NCBI GenBank assembly: GCA_043228905.1
Contig: JBHGNT010000021.1
Coordinates: 7,812,001-7,876,000 of the forward strand
Source of the DNA: Azolla caroliniana
Lineage: Eukaryota > Plantae > Polypodiophyta
Direction: 5' to 3'
Length of the DNA stretch: 64,000 nucleotides
Both the position numbers and the translations under genes were made by a program. The notes under the pieces were generated by a model. The model saw only the letters and a list, made by a program, of their open reading frames with translations, made no database searches and was not told where the DNA came from. Numbering within the stretch: the first letter of the stretch is position 1; every line of letters begins with the position of its first letter. This document shows positions 59,036 to 64,000 of this stretch, in pieces.

Positions 59036-60124
59036 TACCAGCCTAATGACCCGGTGTTTTAAACAATTATCAACACAACACTTATGCTTTCTTCATCACA
59101 TCTCCCTATACTTTCACGTACATATAAACAAACATACATATATGCTTGTGCAAATTCTTACACAATAATTCTCTCACAGACACATATTTTTATACAACCA
59201 CACACAATTTGTTTACACAAGCTATGAAATAACCTGTGAGACAGCTAATTTATCTCCTCGAACAAGACCAAGAGAAGAAATTGATATCCGCAAGCTCATT
59301 ACCATCGACGACTGGTCAATCCCATCCTCTCTGGTTCAAGTTCCTAGTGGTCTCACTCATGTTTCACATGCACGTGCATAACCTCGTGACATAATTTGGT
59401 GAGGCTGACATTAAACAAACGACGAGGGAGGAGTGCACCGAGTGAAGATTTTTCTCGGATGATGACCATGATGATCGATCACATGCTCTGTGAGAGAGAC
59501 AACACAACTGGCCGTGACAAGGACATTGAAAAGATTATGGATTATAAATGTTTGCTTTGATGGCAAAGATGTGTTTTGATAAATGGAGATCTATAAAATT
59601 GAAATGTCAATGAGTGATATACCTGTAGCAAGACAATTTTCAAGCTTTGCAAGGGTCATAGAATTGAAACCTAAACATACAAGATGGAACCCAAATTGGG
59701 AAACTTCTGAAAGGATTCTACTCAAGGAGTATATCCTCGATGATTTGTCCCAAACAACAAAGAAGGATCTCATGGATTGACTTGAATTTCCCAATAAAAT
59801 GTTGTGTTGACATAACACTTCAAGAGTTTGAATGAAGATTTGGTCAATTGTCTACACTCAATAGAACTATATTGGAATCAACCAAGGTGTTCTTGTTTTT
59901 AAAAGCAATGGATTTGAAAGACTAGAGGAACCTAGATCTTCTTTTCGAAAATGAGCTTGGTCTCTTTGCAGACAAGGATGCAATAATAAGATCATGTGGG
60001 TGCTTTGACAAGCGTTATCAATGGGTCAATGGGAAAACTTCATCCACAATAACCCTAACTAAATAGAGAGTTGGAGATGGAAGGGACACGCCACAAGCGA
60101 TAATAAGGCCAAGAAGTTGAGGGG

Positions 60125-61245
60125 AATGGCGCGGAATACTATTTGGACAAAACTGAGTCTTAGGTCACTTTGTTTAAGGATCAAACACAAAAATGGGAAT
60201 AGAGATGAATACATGTACACCAGAAGAAAGTACATAGGATGTTTATGTGGAAAACCGTAATAGGGAAAAACCACAAGAGCCCACAGACTCCAAACTATCA
60301 CTATATCAGAAAGGTACAATCAGAGACTTGGAGGCAACGACCTTGAGCTCTGTTTCTTCGCCAAGCGGCAATTACAACAAAGTATCGCTCTGTATCTCCT
60401 CTCTCTTTGTATCGCTCTTTGTACAACAGTTGCAACAATATGAACAACCACACACTCTCTATCACACTCTCCTAAAGTGATTGCCCTAAGTCATATTTAT
60501 ACTTATATGAAGTTAGGGATATTTACAAATCTAACCTCAATAGGCTTACTCAAAACATATTTACAGATATGTCTTCTCTTCCGTTCTCACCGGCTCTCTT
60601 CTAGTTCTCACCGGGTCTCAATTGAACCTCCGGAAGGTGTCGGACATCCTTCAGTTGCACCTTGCATCCGGTTGATGTCGTCAACAGCACATCTCCTATG
60701 CCGATAATTCGGCACGTCCCTTCATTCCCCATCCGGACACAACCATGATCACCGGTTGTGTAGGATGAGAAGCAACTCTGATCGGGTGTCAACTGGAACG
60801 ACGCTCCGGAATTGACAACCCATGTTGTCTCATTGCCGACAAGGTTTAACTCATTCTTCTCGGTGATGAGCATAAGTTCCTCTTCACTTGTCACTATCGC
60901 CGACGTTCCTTTCCAATCCGGGCCTCTCCGGTCCGAACCGTTTCGGTCCGAACTCTTCTTTGAATCGGTAGTGTCGGTTTCTTTCTCTTTCCGGAAATGC
61001 CGATAGTTCTTCTGGAAGTGTCCCGGCTTCCCGCAATAGAAGCACGTGGGCCTCCCCCTTGACTTTGACCTCGTCCCCGATTTGTCCTGGTTTTGGGTGT
61101 TGGGAAATCGGTCTCTCCGGATGGAATCCGGTGATGAATAAAGAGGACCCAGTGAGAACCGGAAGAGAAGACATATCTGTAAATATGTTTTGAGTAAGCC
61201 TATTGAGGCTATATTTGTAAATAGCCCTAACTTCATATAAGTATA
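60125..61245 (-). mobile_element. Rearranged Tork-like copia remnant: minus-strand LTR part, gag/protease fragment, inverted LTR start (61098-61245, +)
   Basis: 60618-61097 encodes CFYCGKPGH...TTWVVNSGAS, homologous to 52560-53070; flanking LTR segments are in opposite orientation. Confidence 0.8.
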
Positions 61246-61247
61246 TG

Positions 61248-64000
61248 TGAAAGTGTTTTTTGAATTCAAACCATTGAACACTAGATGGATATAAAGTATG
61301 GATAATTCACATTTGGAGGATAAGAACACGAACTAAGAGCTTAGGGAAGGAGTCAAAAGTAAAAGTACAAGACCAAGAGAAAAGTAAAAAGAGAAAAACG
61401 CAGACTATAAAAAACAGTAAAAATAGAATGGTCATAACTCCCTCGTTGTTTATCCAAATATCACGTTTAAATATGGATTAGAAAGCTTGTAAAAAGAGCT
61501 TTCTATAGCTTTTTAAATCGCTTAATTTGGATTTCGGATGAGGGAGATATGACGATTAGAAGGTTGATGTGTCATAGCTAAAAATAGGGAGATAAAAAGC
61601 TTCTAAAAATAGCATGAACGTGGATAAGAAGAGGAAGGTTATAAAAGAAGAAGTAATATGAGTGAGAAGGGGGCGAAGGGAAAAGGAAAAGAGTGGATGA
61701 GGAGTGTTAGGAAGAAGTGTCTTAGAAGAGGAAGGTATTTGGTTTTAATGTGGAGTTTGTCTCCTTTGTATTCTCTTGATGTTGGAATATCAGAACATTC
61801 TTATTTCTTGCTTGCTTTCTCTATCTTTTTTCTTAGTTTCTTGAGTTATACTCTCTAATCATAATTACCTAGAGCTATATAATATATTATGATTTTCAAC
61901 TCCATCTAATCGGTTTGGTCAAGCCCTCATATAGTGTATAACTATCTATTATCTTATACACCCTATCATTTTTGGCGCTCCAGGGAGGGCGGATCCTTTC
62001 CGTATAGAAGGGAGAACTTATCATTTAATTGTGTTACTATATTACATTAACTTAGCTATGCAATTTGCATTTTCGGGTGAAAGAACACAAGATGCTGGTG
62101 CCTTTTTGGCATGCTTTGAGCATCATGCCATATCTATTGGACGCATCACCGACAACGAAAAGTTGCCCTTGTTGGTAGCTACATTCTATGGTCGTGCTCG
62201 AGATTGGTATGACTCTCTTCCGCAAAATGAACAAGGAGAATATCAATTATTGGTGCATCAATTTCGTACAAGATATATTCAATGGAAAAGTGCAACTGAG
62301 GTAAGGGAGGAGCTTTTTCAACTAAAGATGGAATCACCTTTTGGTTTTTTAGAGTATGAACGAAATTTCCAAGAATTGTGGACGACGTGGATTCGTCTTC
62401 GTGGTGGCACCGAAGACGAGTGGTTTAAGATAGAACAATTTAAGGTGGGCCTTGATATGCATTTCCGTTTGGAGGCAAGCTTGAAGGATCCAACGACTTT
62501 TCAAGCTCTTCTCCAAGTTTGTCAAGATTATGATCGACAAGTGAAGATGATGAGTTCCATGGGGGATCCCCAAATGACGGCTTTGGGTGCAAATTTGATG
62601 CCTCGTGCCAACTTTCAAGCCTTATCTTCAATTGTGCATGGTGGACAAGTGTTTCCAAATGTGTATACCACCACAACAATAAACCCAACAAGTATATCTC
62701 AAGAAGTGGAACAAGTGAAGAGTGAACAAGATACAAGGGCGTTGGTGAATCGGCGCTTTGATGAAGTGATGGCCCACTTGCAACAATCCCAAGCAATTCG
62801 CAACACTATTCCCGATGGTGGTGGCTCTAGAGGGCATCAAGGTGTAATTTGTTATTCTTGTCAAGAGGAGGGACACTCAACAAGATGTCCTCATCGACAA
62901 CAAAGAGGTATGGAAAGAGACATGTATCAAGTGCAAAGGAATGGACAACGACCTAACAACAATGAAGTCGAAGGAAACGTAACACTCCCTATGGCTCAGG
63001 TTCCTACAATCCCTCATAATGTGAATCTTCTTAATTTTATTGATGATAGTGATAATTCTTTTGAAGTAGCTCCTGTGAAAAGGACAAGGTCCTCGCAAAA
63101 GGAGAAAGAAGTTGAAGGAGAATCTAGTGACTCAAGACAAAAGAAGAAGTCTAAGGAGAATGAGAAAGAGGACAAATTGAGAAGGAGACACTCTAGAAGG
63201 AAGATAAAGATGGAGGATATTCCTATGGGAGAAGGTGTAGAATCTTTCAATCGGAAGCATGAATTGATTTCAAGTGGACCAAGGATAACATGGCCGCAAC
63301 TTCTCCAATTATCTCCCACATTACGAAAGGAGTGGGGGCGACTTGAATGTATTCGCCAAAGTCGGAAGACTGTGCATTATGTGGGAATCGTGCGAGTAGA
63401 AGATCGAAAGGACATACGACCCACCATCCCCGTCTCCATCAAAGGGTTTCACATCAAAGATGCGTTGGTTGATAGTGGTGCTAGAGTAAGCTTGATTTCT
63501 GAATTTGTGGTAAACAAAGTGGGAATTCCTATTAGTAGGTCATCTTCAACAAGGGTGGTTGTAGTAGATAGTGGAGTGGTGCATTGCACAAGCATAGTGG
63601 AGGATGTGTTCATCAAGTGTTTTGGAATAAGAGGAGAAGCTTGCAACAAATACCACATCAACTTGAAGGAAAGTGTATCAATTTCCCCAAAGCTTCGGCA
63701 ATGGAGTGTTGAACAAAAGGAAGAATTTATGCAAGAGTTCAACGCATGGTTACAAGAAAGTTCCAATTATAAGATGGAAGATTTGAGGTGTGTGTCACCT
63801 ATAGTTTTGGTTCCAAAGAAGAGTGAGATCAATTTCAAACCCTTGAATGATTCGACCAAACGAGATGAATTTTCACTTCCTTCTCGAGATGAGATTGTCG
63901 ATAAAATGGTTGTTTATACAAAACAAGGTAGTGTGGACAATATGTTGTGCCAAAAAGGATTTCATGTGGATGATTCAAAGATTAACATAATTACAAAGAT
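61248..64000 (+). mobile_element. Decayed Ty3/gypsy, 5' part (LTR 61248-61968, PBS 61973-61989, gag, CCHC, protease, start of RT)
   Basis: LTR tgaaag...ctatca; PBS tggcgctccagggaggg (tRNA-Arg-like, tentative); CYSCQEEGH; ALVDSGARVSLIS; SPIVLVPKK; runs off the window end. Confidence 0.78.

Noticed and set aside
59390-60050. Possible chromodomain or retroelement remnants
   Set aside because: Too degraded (DIEKIMDY-like fragment only) to assign by eye

Overview
This is a eukaryotic, land-plant-type window (probably a bryophyte or other non-seed plant; inferred from the retroelement types). It is almost entirely a stack of nested, mostly decayed LTR retrotransposons: several Ty1/copia copies of two families, a chromodomain Ty3/gypsy, tRNA-Trp-primed non-chromovirus gypsy elements, solo LTRs and two LINE remnants. 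One copia (51272-56610) is very young: a single intact 1357-codon gag-pol ORF, near-identical LTRs and a perfect TSD. Two non-retroelement items stand out. (i) At about 44.1-48.6 kb is a decayed, spliceosomal-intron-containing gene encoding a ParB/Srx-like domain fused to a beta-class N4C/N6A DNA methyltransferase (DIPY...QKP...DLF-x-x-TGTT), a phage/prokaryote-type architecture in plant gene form. (ii) At about 36.6-40.3 kb is a repeat-bounded, Helitron/TRIM-like unit carrying a captured RPL6 fragment. All calls are from manual reading of motifs; no database searches were run.
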